64,000 nt of DNA from the NCBI RefSeq assembly GCF_018350175.1, contig NC_058383.1, positions 4,526,001 through 4,590,000 on the forward strand. The letters are read 5' to 3'. The stretch's first letter is position 1; each line of letters opens with the position of its first letter. The DNA is from Felis catus (taxonomy: Eukaryota). Under the pieces are notes generated by a model. That model saw only the letters and a program-made list of their open reading frames with translations. It did not search any database and was not told the DNA's origin. Positions 40,111 to 54,620 of this stretch are shown one piece after another. A program made the translations under genes and the position numbers.

Positions 40111-40965
40111 GCCACTCGATACAGTCTGATCCATTTTGCTATATCTAAGTTTTCCCGTAGCTACTTCAGGTCAGGCTTGCTCTAACCCTGTCAAACCTGC
40201 TTGGTCATCATCGTTAGTCAAGTAAAGTTTCTGGGGCCGACATTGTTAAAATAGTCCCCACTTCTGGATCTGAAATTCAAGAATTATGATGGCAACTACG
40301 AAAGAAGTCAAGCACATTTAGAACAGTGTGGTGATAAAAGCCACTTCGTGTCAACATTTATGCAACACCACAAAACAATGACATAAAGACGATGATCTAA
40401 ACACATTTCTGGGGAAACAAAAAAAAGCTAAATAATGAAGTCTGAGGCAAACTTGAAGCAGCAAGAAGAATGATGACAAAGATAGGGTCAACTCAGGAAT
40501 CAATCAGGCTTTTCCGTCAGGGCCTGCCAGAGACCCCACACACGCCGTGGTTCTCTCTAGCATCATGGCACCTGCCATGGGTACGTGGAGCACCACGGCT
40601 GGCACCTGTAATATAGGCAAGGACTCCGGCAGCCTGGCCTTTGGCCCCCAGCCCGAGCCTGCTACAGAGCTCTCTCTTGCTCAGGAAGCACTCAAAAATG
40701 TCACCCTTCTGAGTCACCTAAAAAATTGTAGCTCTATTCTCATGTGTGATATGTGTCGTCTCCAAAATCTAGAGAGGCCTATCAAACGCCCAGCCTCTTT
40801 CTTGACGGTAGGAGATAAAATGTATAATAACTTGTCTTGGGCACCTGGGTGGCTCAGTCGGTTAAGCATCCAACTTGGGCTCAGGTCATGATCTCACAGT
40901 TCGTGGGTTCAAGCTCCATGTCTGGGTCTGTGCTGGCAGCTCGGAGCCTGGAGCCTGCTTCAGTT

Positions 40966-41007
<42 letters not shown>

Positions 41008-44000
41008 CCTCCCCTGCTCATACTCTGTGTGTCTCTCTCTCTAAAAAATAAACATTAAAAAAAAACTTTAAGCAACCTTAGCATATGAATCATGGTCCTC
41101 TTAGATTCCTAGTCTGATAATTCCAACATCCCTGCTTGTGGGTTTCTGCTGTGGTGAGCTTGATTCTTTCTCTCTGTTCACCTGTCTGTCTAGTTTAGGG
41201 GGCAGTGGCTTACCCTACGACCCTTACCCTACGACCTCACCTCTCTGACAGACAAGTTGTTGTTTTCAGTTTGTTGAGTTTCTTACTTGTCGTTGGGATG
41301 GAGTGGCACCTTCCCAGACCCTCGCGTGCCAGACTGAGATCAGAGTTCTGTCCATCTGTTCTTAGGCCCTTTGTCTGTCTACCTTTGTGTGAATGTGGAA
41401 GTTGGTGGGCACTTGGCTGGGGAGAGGTAGCAGGCTCCGCCACCTCCCTCATTATCCCTGTCGGTTTTGTTCACCTCTTTGGGAGTGAGAAGACTGAAAC
41501 CAACCTGTCTGCAGGCTCCTGCAGCATTAAAACATTTTATTTTCTCAATGCCTAATATATGCCAGGAATTGGTCTCATCACTGGAGATACAGCAGCTAAT
41601 AAAACACAGTTCCTACCTCCTGGCACCCGCCTTCCTGCCTGCCTAGAGAGGATGCATTCATCTTTCGAGTGCCAGCCTTCCGTGCTGCTTGTTCTGTAAA
41701 TGTCAGCTGATAGCGTGCTCCGGGGAGGCGGTGGGGGTGGCCGTTAAGACGTCAACCTCCTCTAAAGTGCCTGGTGCTGAATGCGGCCCAGATGCATGTA
41801 AAAGCTAGAGCAGACAGCGGGAACCGGTGTCACTCCTCTCCAGATCCCATGTTTACATTTCATATTGAATTCTCTTCTGACCTGGAGAGCTGCCTGGAGG
41901 CCAGGAGTTGAAGGTGTTTTGACTGCAGAGAAATATTTTCCCATTACCATGTGCAACTCCAGCTGATACAAGAGAAGATCATTTCCCTGCATGCCAACCT
42001 CAGGGGCAGAAGGATGATGCCATCTTCCTAAAGGAAGACACATGAAGAGATAAGGGAATGAGGAAGTCTTGCCTCAGTGCCGTGGTCTCCGCTATCGGCC
42101 TATCTACATTCCTCTCCCGCCAACTTGCTCTGCCTCGTTCAATCAAACAACGCTCCTTTGTTCCTCCGAGTGGAGGACAAAGCTTCAGATTTGAAATCAG
42201 CCCCCAAATCAGCAGCCCAAATGGACACTCACAGGCTTATCCTCTCTGAATCAACATTTAATTAAAAACAATCCAAACAAAGAATGCGTACAAGGATATG
42301 AAGGCTATCTGAACAGTAAATGACTTTTTTTTTTTTTTTTTTTTGGTTTCGTTTGTGTTTCCGTTTTAATCTAAGGGGTTGGACCGAGTGGGTGTTCTTG
42401 CCACTGGGCCCCAAAGGATCGTGATTCTGCGATTCTGTGTTGCCATGGGGATGGGATTACATGATTCAGATGCGCAGCAGGGTCCGCTGCCGAGGGAATT
42501 ACAGGCCTCTTCACCCTCTCTCAGGGCTTGTTTTCTCACAGATATTAGCCACGGGACGAAATAAGCTCGGGGCCTCAGGTGCTGAGAGAGAAGGGAAAAA
42601 TCAGCTTTGTGGGAGGTTTTGGAGGAAGTGAAAAATTCCACTTGCTGGTTGACCTGGGTGGTCTCCTGGAGACAGCCGGACACACGGATGGCATGGGTAC
42701 AAGTGTCTTCAGAAGGCTCATTCCAAGGCACGAGTCAGTGCCTGCCATTCCACAGGGGCCTGCTGGGATCATGGCTAGATGGCGGCGAGGTCCAGAAGGT
42801 TTGAGTGCTCCAGAAGGCATCGGAACCTTCCAGACCCAGGGTACCGTGGAGGATGAGCAGTGAGGGAAAGGAGGCATGAGGGAAGTTTCTGAGGCGATAG
42901 ACAATTGTCTCTCCTGACTGGGTTTTAGTTACATGGGTGTATTTGTTAAAACTCATCAAATGGCACACCTCTGTTCTGGGCATTCGCCTAAAATGTAAAT
43001 TCTATCTCAATAAAAGCAATACTTCAGATGGGAAGGGGAGACGGCAGCTTTGGGGAACCACAGGAGAATAGCCCTAGGGTGTCTCTAAACTTTTTTTTTA
43101 CCCCTTATGGAGTAGAGATAGTTTAGTATTTGCTACAGGGTACAGGGCAGGGCGTGATGTTTGCACTCGTGTTTTGTGTGCACATTGACCGCCCCGGTTG
43201 TGGTCCCCTGAGGATGATCGTGCCAGTCTCCTCCTCCTCCCTCTCAGCCCAGGACCTCCGAGTGTCATTCTGTGTTGCTGTCCTGTGTTGACTGGGAGGG
43301 CATAGCATTGGAGCAGGAGTTGGGGGAGCAGGACTCCAGCCCCCATGTGGTCACTAATCCACTGAACTCTAGTTAAATTCTCTGGGCAGTTTCCCCAGGT
43401 GCAAAATGGGGTTAGCGAAGCTCAGGGTCACCACGAGGGGACAAAGCACCCTGGAGGGGTCTGTCCTCACAGCGGAGGAGACCGGAGACTGCCCAACGTG
43501 TGAACGGCAGGCGTGATGTAGAACACCGGCAGCTGTCGGGCGCTCGGGGGCCTCGGGGTCTTCTGGTTTTGGGGGAAATCAAGAAACAAATCATGCGTGT
43601 GTGGGGGGGGGATGCATTTTAGAACAAGGTGGTCAAGTCAAATTGTAGCTTTGCCACTTCTGATCTTGTATGGCTGGGCCAAGTCATTATTTCATTTCCC
43701 CTACATCATAAAGCTCCCTGAGTCTCAGTTTACACAACTGTGAAACAAAAAGCACGATCACAGCAAGTCAAAGGAGAAGAAAGCAGTGGAAAAGGTAACG
43801 TGTCAAGAAAGTGTAGAATTTCCCACAGCCTGGATTTTGTGGATTGTCCCACTGTGGTGTCCTTGGATATTTTTCTTCTGCTCCTTGTTTTTCCTGTCCT
43901 GTGGGCAGTGAGATCCACAGGCTTAGACGGGTTTTGTTTTGTTTTGTTTTTTTCACCACTACTCCTTGACTGTGTTGCCTACAATCACATCGATGAACAG

Positions 44001-44361
44001 AATATCTGGCTTTCTCGTTTTTGTTTTTGTTTTTGTTTTAAACGTCAGCAGTTGTTGGCGGTCATTGTTTAAGATCATTAGGGATTGCAAAATGACGAAT
44101 AGTATAATTCTATCAATTCTTAATTGACAGATTACCCCTTATCAGTTACTGGGTTACCCAAGGTACTATTTATATAGGAAAGACAAGATGTCTGCTCCTA
44201 TGTATACCTATTTTAAAAATTATGACTTGAGGGGCACGTGGGTGGCTCAGTCGGTTGAGTGTCTCTTGATTTTGGCTCAGGTCATGATCCTGGGGTCATG
44301 GGATCAAGCCCTGTGTCGGGCTCTGTGCTGAGCACAGAGCCTGCTTGAGTTTCTCTCTCTC

Positions 44362-44402
<41 letters not shown>

Positions 44403-47224
44403 GTCTCTCTCTCCCTCTGCCCCTCTTCCCTGCTCATTAGCATGTGCTCTCTTGCACTAAAATAAGAATAAATAAAAATAAATAAAAAGAATGATGACTT
44501 GGTCTCCTAGTATCTTCCAAAGGTGATTAATAAATATTTTTTTCAACGTGTCAGCAAACATGTTTTTTTCTAGTCTAATAGGTGAGAAATGGCCTCTCAT
44601 CTTATCTCTCTTATAATGAATGTGGTTGAGCAATTTTTAATGTTTTAGAGAACTTGCTTTTTTTTTTTTTTTTTCCTGTGAGCTCTCTGTTCATGCCTAG
44701 TGTCCATGTTTAGGTAGGGCTTTTGTCTTCTCTAATTTTTAGGATCTCTCTCTCTGTATTAGGCATAGTAACCCTTTGCTTATGACCTACATGACAGGTA
44801 TTTTCCCCAGTAAGTTCTTTGCCTTTCTACTCTGGTCATGGTATTTTAAGCTTTGTAAATGTTGTTTAAATTTTCATTCAGTCAAATTTACTAATCTTTC
44901 CCACTATTGTATCTGGATTTTAAGTCATATTTATAGGGAAGTTTTCTTCATCCCCAGTAATAGAGAAATTTCCTCGTGTTTTCTTCTTTTTCTTTCTTCT
45001 TTTTTTTTTTTTTTTAAGCACGGCACCCAATGCGGGGCTTGAACTCGTTTGTGACCCTGAGATCAAGACCTGAGCTGAGATCAAGAGACACCTAACTGAG
45101 CCACCCAGGTGCCCTTCCTTGTGTTTTCTTCTAATACTCACATGGTTTCATTTTTTTTATTTTACATTGAAATCTCTGATTCATTTAAAATCTATTGGTT
45201 GTATGGTGTGAGGAATGGATCTAATTATATCTAATTCCATTAGGCCAGCCAGCTATCCCAGGATCACACATTAAAAAGTCCTCTATCCCTCTTACTGATT
45301 GGAAATGCTATCTTTATCATGCACTTATTTTGCATCTGCAGTTGATTCTTTTTAAAGATTTTTTTAAAAGTGTATTTATTTATTTTGAGAAAGAGAGTGC
45401 AGAAGGGGGCGGGGGGGGGGGGGAGAGAATCCCAAGCAGGCTCTGCACCATCAGCGTAGATCCCGATGTGGGGCTCAACTCCCAAACTGTGAGATCATGA
45501 CCTGCGCTGAAATCAAGAGTTGGATGTTCAACCCACTGAGCCACCCAGGCGCCCCTGCAGTTAGTTCTGATTCTGGATTTTGTCTTCTCCTTCTGTGCCC
45601 TTCTGTCCGTGAACAGGCCGGTGTCTCATTTTTCATGACAGAGGCTGCATCTGTGTTCTAATATATTGAAATCTGGCTGTCTTTCAAGCATTATCTGGCT
45701 GTTCTTATTTCTTCTTTTCCAGATTATAATCCACTTGTTTTTGTTTTTTTTTTAATTTTTTTTTCAACGTTTACTTATTTTTGGGACAGAGAGAGAGACA
45801 GAGCATGAACGAGCGAGGGGCAGAGAGAGAGGGAGACACAGAATCGGAAACAGGCTCCAGGCTCTGCGCCATCAGCCCAGAGCCCGACGCGGGGCTCGAA
45901 CTCACGGACCGTGAGATCGTGACCTGGCTGAAGTCGGACGCTTAACCGACTGCGCCACCCAGGCGCCCCTAATCCACTTGTTTGTAATTCCAGGGGAAGG
46001 AAACTAATAGTATTTTTTCCCCTTGAGATCTTGTTAAATTTATACATCAACTTAGGGAGGGCTGACATCTTCATGATGACCCTATCCAAGAATGTCACAT
46101 GACTTGTCATTTGCTGCAGTTCCCCCTTTGCCTTTCAAAAGTGTTGTTGTAGCTTCTTATGTGAATTTTTTAGACATTGCTTTTTAATACTTTGCTTAAG
46201 TGTTTTATTTTGTGTCACCAATAGGGTCATCTCTTCCATAATACCTTTTTTCTTCCATTATATCTTTTGAACAGCTTTTGTTTATACAGATTTTTGCATG
46301 CCGGTTTTACAAACTTCTTTTACAAAATCTCCTCCTATTGCAGTGTTTTTCCATCGACCCTTTTGTGCATTCGAGAATATGATCACACCATCTGAAATTG
46401 TAGTTTTATCTCTTTCTTTCTTCTAATTTGTTTTTTCTTATTTCGTTGCAGTGAATAATTCCAACACAGTATTAAAGAGCAGCAAACAAAGTGGCCTTAT
46501 CTTAGTGAGAGAGATTCTAGTATTTTCTCTTTGGGATGAAGTATATATAATTTTATTATGTTAAGGAAGTATTCATTATCTCCTGTTTTTATATATCTTT
46601 TTTTTTTTTTCCAACTAGGCTTCCCACCCAGCACGGAGCCCAATGTAGGGCTTGAACTCATGACCCTGAGATTAAGACCTGAGCTGAGGTCACGAGTCGA
46701 ACGCTTGACTGACTGAGCCACCCAGGTGCCCCTGTATAACACTTTTATCATGAATGGGTGTTGACTTTTCAAAAATGCCCTCTGCTGCTTCTAATTAAAA
46801 TGGTCACATAAATTTTCCCTTTAGTCCCATTAATATTATATACTAATGACTTTTCCAACATTGAACCACACTTGCAATCCCATTAGAAACTCAATACAAT
46901 GTCTTACCTTTATTTTATTTTTTAAAGATTTTACTTTTAAGTAATCTCTGCACCCAATGTGGGGCTCGAGCTCACAACTCTGAGATCAAGAGTTGCAGGA
47001 GATCAAGACTGCCTGGCTGACTGAGCTAGCCAGGGGATCCCAGGGTCTTCCTTTTAAAATAGGATTCTGTTTGCTAATATTTTATTTAATATTTTTGCCT
47101 ATTTCATAAGTAAAGTTGGTCTGAAAGTTTTTTTCTGGTGTGTAATCGCTGTGAGCATTGGACATAAATGACATACTTGCTTTATAGAAATATTTTGGTC
47201 CTACTTTTCTTTTTTCTTTAAAAA

Positions 47225-47812
47225 AATTTTTTTAGTTAGTTAACATACAGTGCAATATTGGTTTCAGAAGTAGAATTCAGTGATTCATCACTTACATATT
47301 ACACTCAGTGCCCATCACAAGTGCCCTCCTTAATACCCATCACCCATCTAGCCCATCCCCCACCCGCCTCCCTCCATCAACGCTCAGTTTGTTCTCTATC
47401 CTTAAGAGTCTCTTGTGGTTTGTTTTTCTCCTCTTTTTTACCCCCTTCCCGTATGTTCATCTGTTTTGTTTCTCAAATACCACATGTGAATGAAATCGTA
47501 TGGTATGTGTCTTTCTCTGACCGACTGATTTCGCTTAGCCGTAATACATTCTATCTCCATCCACGTCATTGCAAATGGCAAGATTTCATTCTTTTTGATG
47601 GCTGAGTAATGGTCCATTGTACATCTATGACATCTTCTTTATCCATTCATCACTCAATGGACATTTGAGCTCTCTCCACAGTTTGGCTATTGTTGATAAT
47701 GCTGCTATAAACATTGGGGTGCATGTACCCTTTTGGGTCTGTATTTTTGTATCCTTTGGGTAAATACCTAGTAGTGCAATTGCTGGATCATAGAGTAGTT
47801 CTATTTTTCATT
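47225..47812 (-). mobile_element. Carnivore L1 3' end
   Basis: ORF2 C-terminus and 3'UTR motifs: acaagtgccctccttaatacccatcaccca and gcaaatggcaagatttcattctttttgatggctgagtaat. Confidence 0.88.
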
Positions 47813-50619
47813 TTTTTCCTACCTTTATGTTCTGGAAAGGCTTGAGAACAACTGGAATTGTGTAGTCTTTAAAGGTTTGGTATAGGGGCGCCTGGCTGGC
47901 TCAGTCTACAGAGCATGTGACTCTTGATCTTGGGGTTCTGAGTTAGAGCCCTACGTAGGGCCTAGAGCCTACTTAAAAATATGTTTTTAATTAAAGCCTT
48001 CATATAATTTCTCAATTAAACAATGTGGACCTGGTGCTTTTGTATTACTCTTCTCTGTTTCTTCTATGGTAATTGATCTATGTAGGCTTTCTGTTTCCAG
48101 TGGGGTCAATTTTGAAAAGTGGTATTTTTCTAGAAAACTAGAAATTTCACATAGGTTTGCCAATCTTTGGATAGAGCTCCAGGTTTTCTAATTTATTTGC
48201 ATAGAGTTGTGTGAAATAAACTAGTGTCTTATTATTTTGTAAAGTATCCCTGTTTCGGTACCTATTTCCCCTTTGTCGTTTCTGATGGAGACTCATCAGA
48301 TTTATCCGAAGGCACCCTGCATTTACCAGGACGGGGAGGTGCTCCTTGATAAAGTCCAATGCAATTCATCGTCATTCTGGTGCAGAGAGTAAAGGTTACA
48401 GCGGGAACAGAGACTGAAAGGCCTAGCATATGTGGGAAGATCCATTAAGCAGAAGAAAGTAGGTGCTGTTACATATGTTAATTTTTCAAGGAGCGTTTCT
48501 GATAAATACATGTGTGGGTGTGGCCCCCAATCCCTGCTCCTCCCCACACGGTAATGTGAGGAGCCTGGTCACGATTAATCCTTTTTTTTTTTTTTTTTAA
48601 ACGTTTATTTATTTTTGGGACAGAGAGAGACAGAGCATGAACGGGGGAGGGTCAGAGAGAGAGGGAGACACAGAATCGGAAACAGGCTACAGGCTCTGAG
48701 CCATCAGCCCAGAGCCTGATGCGGGGCTCAAACTCACAGACCGCGAGATCATGACCTGGCTGAAGTCGGACGCTTAACCGACTGCGCCACCCAGGCGCCC
48801 CACGATTAATCCTTTTTAAAAAATATTTATTTATTTATCTTAGAGAGAGCATGAGCAGGGGAGGGACAGATGAGAGGGAGAGGGAGAATCCCCAGCAGGC
48901 TCCTCGCTGTCAGCACACAGCCGGACATGGGGCTCAAACTCACAAACAATGGGATCATGACCCGAATGGAAATCAAGAGTTGGACACTTAACTGACTGAG
49001 ATGCAGGTGCCCGATGATTAATCTTTTTTTTTTTTAAGTTTATTTATTTTTTAGAGGGAGAGAGAGACAGAGCATGAGCAGGGGAGGGGCAGAGAGAGAA
49101 AGGGAGACAGAATCCGAAGCAGGCTCCAGGCTCTGAGCTGTAAGCACAGGCCTCAAACTCTAGAGCTATGAGATCATGACCTGAGTGGAAGTTGGACGCT
49201 TAACCGACTGAGCCACCCAGGCGCCCACAGGATTAATCTTTTGAAGGAGTGTTTATCTCAAATGAGTTTTAAATTCATAGGCTAGAAATCCCAGACAACT
49301 GGTATCTTGATGAAGAAGAAACCAAGGGGATTCCTGGTTTGTGAGTTCGAGCCCCAAGTCAGGCTTTGCGCTGATAGCATGGAGCCGGCTTTGGATTCTC
49401 TCTCTCCCCCTCTCTCTACTCCTTCCCTGCTTGTTCTCTCTCTCTCTCTCTTTCTTTCTTTCTCTCTCTCTCTCAAAAATAAACATTAAAGAAGATGGAA
49501 GAGGAGGAGAAGGAGGAAAAGGGGAAGAAGAAGAAACCAAGGAAGTTTTCTGTTCTACTCCTACTCTATCTACTCTCCTCACTTTCTGCTCTGGTTCTCA
49601 GCCCAAAGTCCAGGTCTAAACTATAGAGCACCATCCTTTGTGGCTTTGGATTCAGAAATGCTGAATTTTTTAAAGAATTTTTTTTAAGTTTATTTTACTT
49701 ATTTCGGCTCCTGAGCCGAAATCAAGAGTAGGATGCTTAACCAACTGAGCCACCCAGGTGCCCAAGAGATGCTGAATTTTTAATCTTGGCTTCTAACTAT
49801 GTGAGTTTACACGCGTCATTTTAGTCCCTCTCAACCTCGGGATCCGCACTTGTCAATTGGAGATCCTAACCTACCTGTCTCACGGGGAACAGTCAGGACA
49901 GTGGCCGGCGTTCCGTAAGGAATCAGTTCACGTGAATCAGAAGTGCTGGTGGGGTGGCATGGTGTGATAGGCTCATGGGATGCCCTTTGGCTTAGAAAAG
50001 GAATTTGGACGTCAGATTTTTGAACTGCTGTGATGGCGGTAACGTTGCTGGCATTCTCGTGATTGTATGGATGAGGGGCTAGTGCTGTGGTTATGTCTTT
50101 CTTAAAGTCATCCCGGACACGCCTTTCTCTCTCACCCCACAGCGGATTTATCAGCAAACTCTGTTGACTCTGATATCAAAATGTAATGCATATTATATCT
50201 AGATTATATTATATATATTCAATATTATCTTTAAACATCCAACCTTATCTCAGAACTTCTACTCGTGTGATCATAAAATAATGTACTTGGATTATCGCAA
50301 TAATAGCATTTGAAGTCAGGGTCAGCCGACTACTGCCTGCGGGCCGAATTATTGGTTCATATCATTTGCACATTTCAGGCGGGTTTTTTATCTTTTGTGG
50401 GTTGATATGTAGGCAGCAGTCATAGATTCTGGATACTAGTCATTTGTCTACGGTGTGTTTTACGACTGTCATCTCTGAACCTTTAGCTTACTTTCTAACA
50501 TTATTTATGATGATATTGTATGTAATCCTTCACATTTTAAATATCAGCTTACTAAATTTTAAGCTCCTGAGGGCATGGGTCTTGATTCGTGCAACTTTTT
50601 TTTTTTAATTAATATATAT

Positions 50620-52100
50620 TTTTTAAGAGCAGTTAGGTTCACAGCTTATTGAATGGAAAGTATACGGAGTTCCTGTATAACTCCTGTTCCCATATAGGCA
50701 CAGGCTCCCCAACTATGGCCACTATGTACAGGGTGCTACATATGTTACAACTGATGAACCCACTTTGATGTACCATAATCACCCAAAGTCCACAGCTTAT
50801 GTTAGGGTGCACTCTTGCTGTTACACATTCTATGGGTTTGGTGGAATGTATAATGCATATACTCACCACTGTAGTATCGTACAGAATAGTAACATTGCCC
50901 GAAAAATCTTCTGTGCCCCACCTATTCACCCCTCCTTCCCTCCTAACCCCTAGCAAGCGCTGATCTTTCACTGTCTCCATAGCTTTGCCTTTTCCAGAAT
51001 GTCGTATAGTTGGGATCCTACCATATGCAGCCTTTTCAGACTGGCTTCTTTCACTTGAGAAGTATGCATTTACATGGCTTGATAGCTCATTTCTGTTTTA
51101 GAATCTAATAATACTCCATTGTCTGGGTTGACCACCGTTTATCTACGCGTTCACCTACTGAAGAACACCTTGGTTGCTTCTAGGCTATAAAAATCAGCCT
51201 TTTGTGTGGACGTAAGTTTTCAGCTCCATTGCGCAGATACCAAAGACTGTGGTTGCTGGATCATCTGGGAAGAGTATGTCTGGTTTTATAAGAAACAGCC
51301 AAACTGTCTTCCAAAGTGGCTGCACCATTTTGCACTCCCGCCAGCCGTGAATGGGAGTTCACTCACATCTTCACCAGCATTTGGCGATGTCAGTGTTGGA
51401 TTCTGACCATTCTCAGAGATGAGTTAGTGTATCTCATTGTTGTTTTTAATTTGTGATTATCTGATGGCAGATGCGTTCAGGGCAGGTCTACAAGCGACAC
51501 ATTCCCTTAGTTTTGTTTCTATGAGAAAGTCTTTATTCTTTTCCTTTGAACCATAATTTTGCACGTTACATAATTTTAAGTTAGTGGGTTTTTTTCCTCT
51601 TAATTCTTTAAATATTTTACTCTGTCCTCTTCTTGCTTGGGTGATTTCCGAGAAGTCAGGTAATTTTTACCTTTGTTCCTCTATAGGTAAGCTGATTTTT
51701 CCTTTGATTTTTCCTTTGATGATGACATGCCTAGGTATATTTTTTGTTTGTTTGTGTTTGGGCATTTGTCCTGTTTGGCGTTTTCATTTTTGTCTGTTTT
51801 TTGTTTTGTTGTTTTGTTTTGTTTTGGTGTTCTCTGAGCTTTCTGGATCTGAGGTTTGATGTCTAACATAAATTCTCAGTCATTTCTGTTTAAAATGTTT
51901 CTTCTTTTATCTCTCTCTTCTACTGGCATTTCCATGACCTATATGCCATGTCTTTTTTCGTTGTTCTTAGATATTCTGTTCTGGTTTTTCTTTTTCTTTT
52001 TCCTGTTTTTCCCCTCCTCCTCCTCCTCCTCCTCCTCCTCCTCCTCCTCCTCCTCCTTTTTTCTTCACTTTTTAGTTTTTGAGGCTTAAGATGAAAAATT

Positions 52101-52131
<31 letters not shown>

Positions 52132-53350
52132 CTTACTTATTTATTTATTTCAGAGGTGGCGGGGAAGGGGCAAAGGGAGAGAGAGAATCCCAAGCGGGCT
52201 CTATGCTCAGCATGGAGCCAGACCTGGGGCTCAATCCCATCACCCTGGGATCATGACCGGAGCTGAAATCAAGAGTTGGACGCTCAACTGACTGAGCCAC
52301 CCAGGAGCCCCAGTTTTTGAGGGTTTCTACTGAGATGTCCTCAAGCTTAGGAACTCTATCCTCAGATGTGTCCAGTCCCCTGATAAGCCCATCAAAGGCA
52401 TTCTTTATTTTGGTTACAGTGCTTTTGATTTCTAGCATTTCCTTCTTATTCTTTTTTGGAATTTCCATCTCCCTGCCTACATTATTCACCTGTTTACCTG
52501 TTGTCTGCTCTTTCCATTAAAGCCTCAACCATATTAATCACAGTTTTTAAAACTTTTTGGCCTAGGAATCCAACATTTCTGGCATACCCGATTCTCGCTC
52601 CCATGGTTGTTCAGTCTCTTCAAACTGTTTTTTGCCTCTTAGTATGCCTTGTAATTTTGTCTTGATTGCTCGACATGACACACTGGGTAAAAACTGCTGT
52701 AATGGGCCTTTAGTAAAGTGCTGGTAAGGTGTCAGGGAGGGAGAGCACATCCAATGACTAGGTCTCAGGTTTGTAGTCACCCTGTGCCTCTGGACTGTGA
52801 GCCTCACACATGCTGCTCGTTCCGTCTCCCTCATTGGGTGGGATAGTATAGTGACAGCTGGCTGGAGCTGAGAATCTCCCTTCCTCTGGTCAATTAGGCT
52901 CTGATAAGACCCCAGTAGGTTAGGCTCTGGTTAACTAGTTTCTCCTGAGGGCGGGCCTTATTAAGAAGAACAGAATGCTCTGGTGTATTTCAAAATGGCT
53001 ACCGTTCTCTTCTCCCTGCGGGAAACGCGAGGGAGTTTTCCTCGCATGGTCGCTATGAGCACCGGGGGGAACTCCTGAGGTAAGACTCATGAAAGCGTGT
53101 CCCCCTCCCAAGGTTTGGACTCTCAGACTTGTTCAAAACACTGAGCCTCCGGCAACTCATCAGCTTCAGTGCAGGTTTTCTTAACCCAGACCGGTTCACG
53201 CGGGGGCTTCTGCTCTGGTAAGTGGTGATTCTCTGAATCTTCCTGCCTCCCTCTCCATTTTGGGGCCCCGTGGCTTGCCCATGCCCTCACCTCCCTGATG
53301 GATCTAAGTAGAGTTGTTGGTGTTTTAGTTTGCTCAGTTTTTAACTTGTG
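50620..53350 (-). mobile_element. Old L1 fragments (3'UTR, ORF1 remnant and 5' region)
   Basis: ORF 52145-52489 begins with L1 ORF1-like REMEIPKKNKKEMLEIKSTVTKIKNAFDGLIRGLDTSEDR. An L1M-type 3'UTR lies at 50620-51470. Confidence 0.8.
52015..52056. repeat. (TCC)14 trinucleotide repeat
   Basis: Directly visible. Confidence 0.97.
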
Positions 53351-54413
53351 AGGGTAGAGTGGCAACGTCTAAGCCCCTTAAGCTACTGTGGTATTTATGT
53401 ACAGTTGATTTGTTGGCATCTTGGAAAAGTGGAAACAGTAGCTTTGGAGGAGAATTGAGCCACCCCAGAGATGCTGAAGGAAGCACGAACTATAATGGAA
53501 TACGGTCCAGAGTTGAAAGCAGGAAGGCAGATTCTACTTAGGTACCTGCCACCCACATAAGTGGGGCTATGCAGAATTTTTACAGCAAGGAGTAAGAGAT
53601 TTACTTCATTAACTTTTTCTGGGGCACCTGGGTGGCTTAGTCGGTTAAGTGTCTGACTCTTGATTTCAGCTCAGGTCATGATCTCACGGTTCCTGGTCTG
53701 AGCCCTGCATTGGGCTCTGTGCGGGCAGTGTGGAGCCTGCTTGGGGTTGTCTCTCCCCACTCTCTCTACCCCTCCCCTGTTGGTGCTCGCTTGCCTGCTC
53801 TCTCTCTCTCTCCCTCTCTCTCTCTCCCTCCCTCCCTCCTTCCCTCTCTCTCTCTGTCTCTCTGTCTCTCTCTCAAAATAAATAAAAAAAATTTTTTTCT
53901 AAGGAGGAGAAGATTTCAAATGGGATATTAACTCCTTGGTTGAAACCTGATGATATCAGGAGCTTGTAATACTGAAATCTGGGACTTTTTATAGTGTTGG
54001 CGTTGTGTTATTTTAACCGTGACGTCACTGGCTGTTTGTTAGATTGTTACTGGTTGTCTCAGGAAAATATGGGGCTGCTTTCTCACTTATGGGTGTTTCT
54101 ATATTTGGAAAGAGATTTGATGCTGAATCTGAGATCTGGAGCTGCTGTCTGGGGCGATATTTCCAACAGAAATGAGCGACAAACCCTGTTGCATAGTTGT
54201 ATTGGGGATTCCAAGTCCAGCTCCCAAATGGAGGTGCTGAAGGAGCCCATCAGTTCCCATGCAAGACGGCCCAGGCTTCAGTCATGGAAGAAGGAAAGCA
54301 GATTCTACCTGGCAAGCCACATACTCTGGACTCAGGTTTCTCATGATTTAAATCCCTGGTCTGATGAGGCTGTAACTCCCTGACTTTGCATAAGCTACGT
54401 GATTGTCTTAAAC

Positions 54414-54620
54414 AAGTGGTTCTCGATTTGGGGCAATTTTGCTTCCCCTCCACACCCCAGACACACGTGGCAATGTCCGGAGACATTTTCGGTGGCCGTA
54501 AATGTGGAGCGTGCTACTGGCATCTGGGTGCCGCTACACGTCCTACAATGCACAGGACAGCACCCCTGCGACGGAATTAATTTGGCCACAAATGTCAGTG
54601 GTGGCACGGTTGAGAAACTC
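54414..54620 (+). mobile_element. MER20 (hAT) element
   Basis: agtggttctc...ggggcaattttgc...ggcaatgtccggagacatttt...tgctactggcatct...cctacaatgcacaggacagc...gttgagaaac. Confidence 0.88.

Noticed and set aside
54340..54370. TGAT...CTGATGA box-like words (C/D snoRNA?)
   Set aside because: Spacing and order are wrong, there is no terminal stem, and there is no host-gene context.
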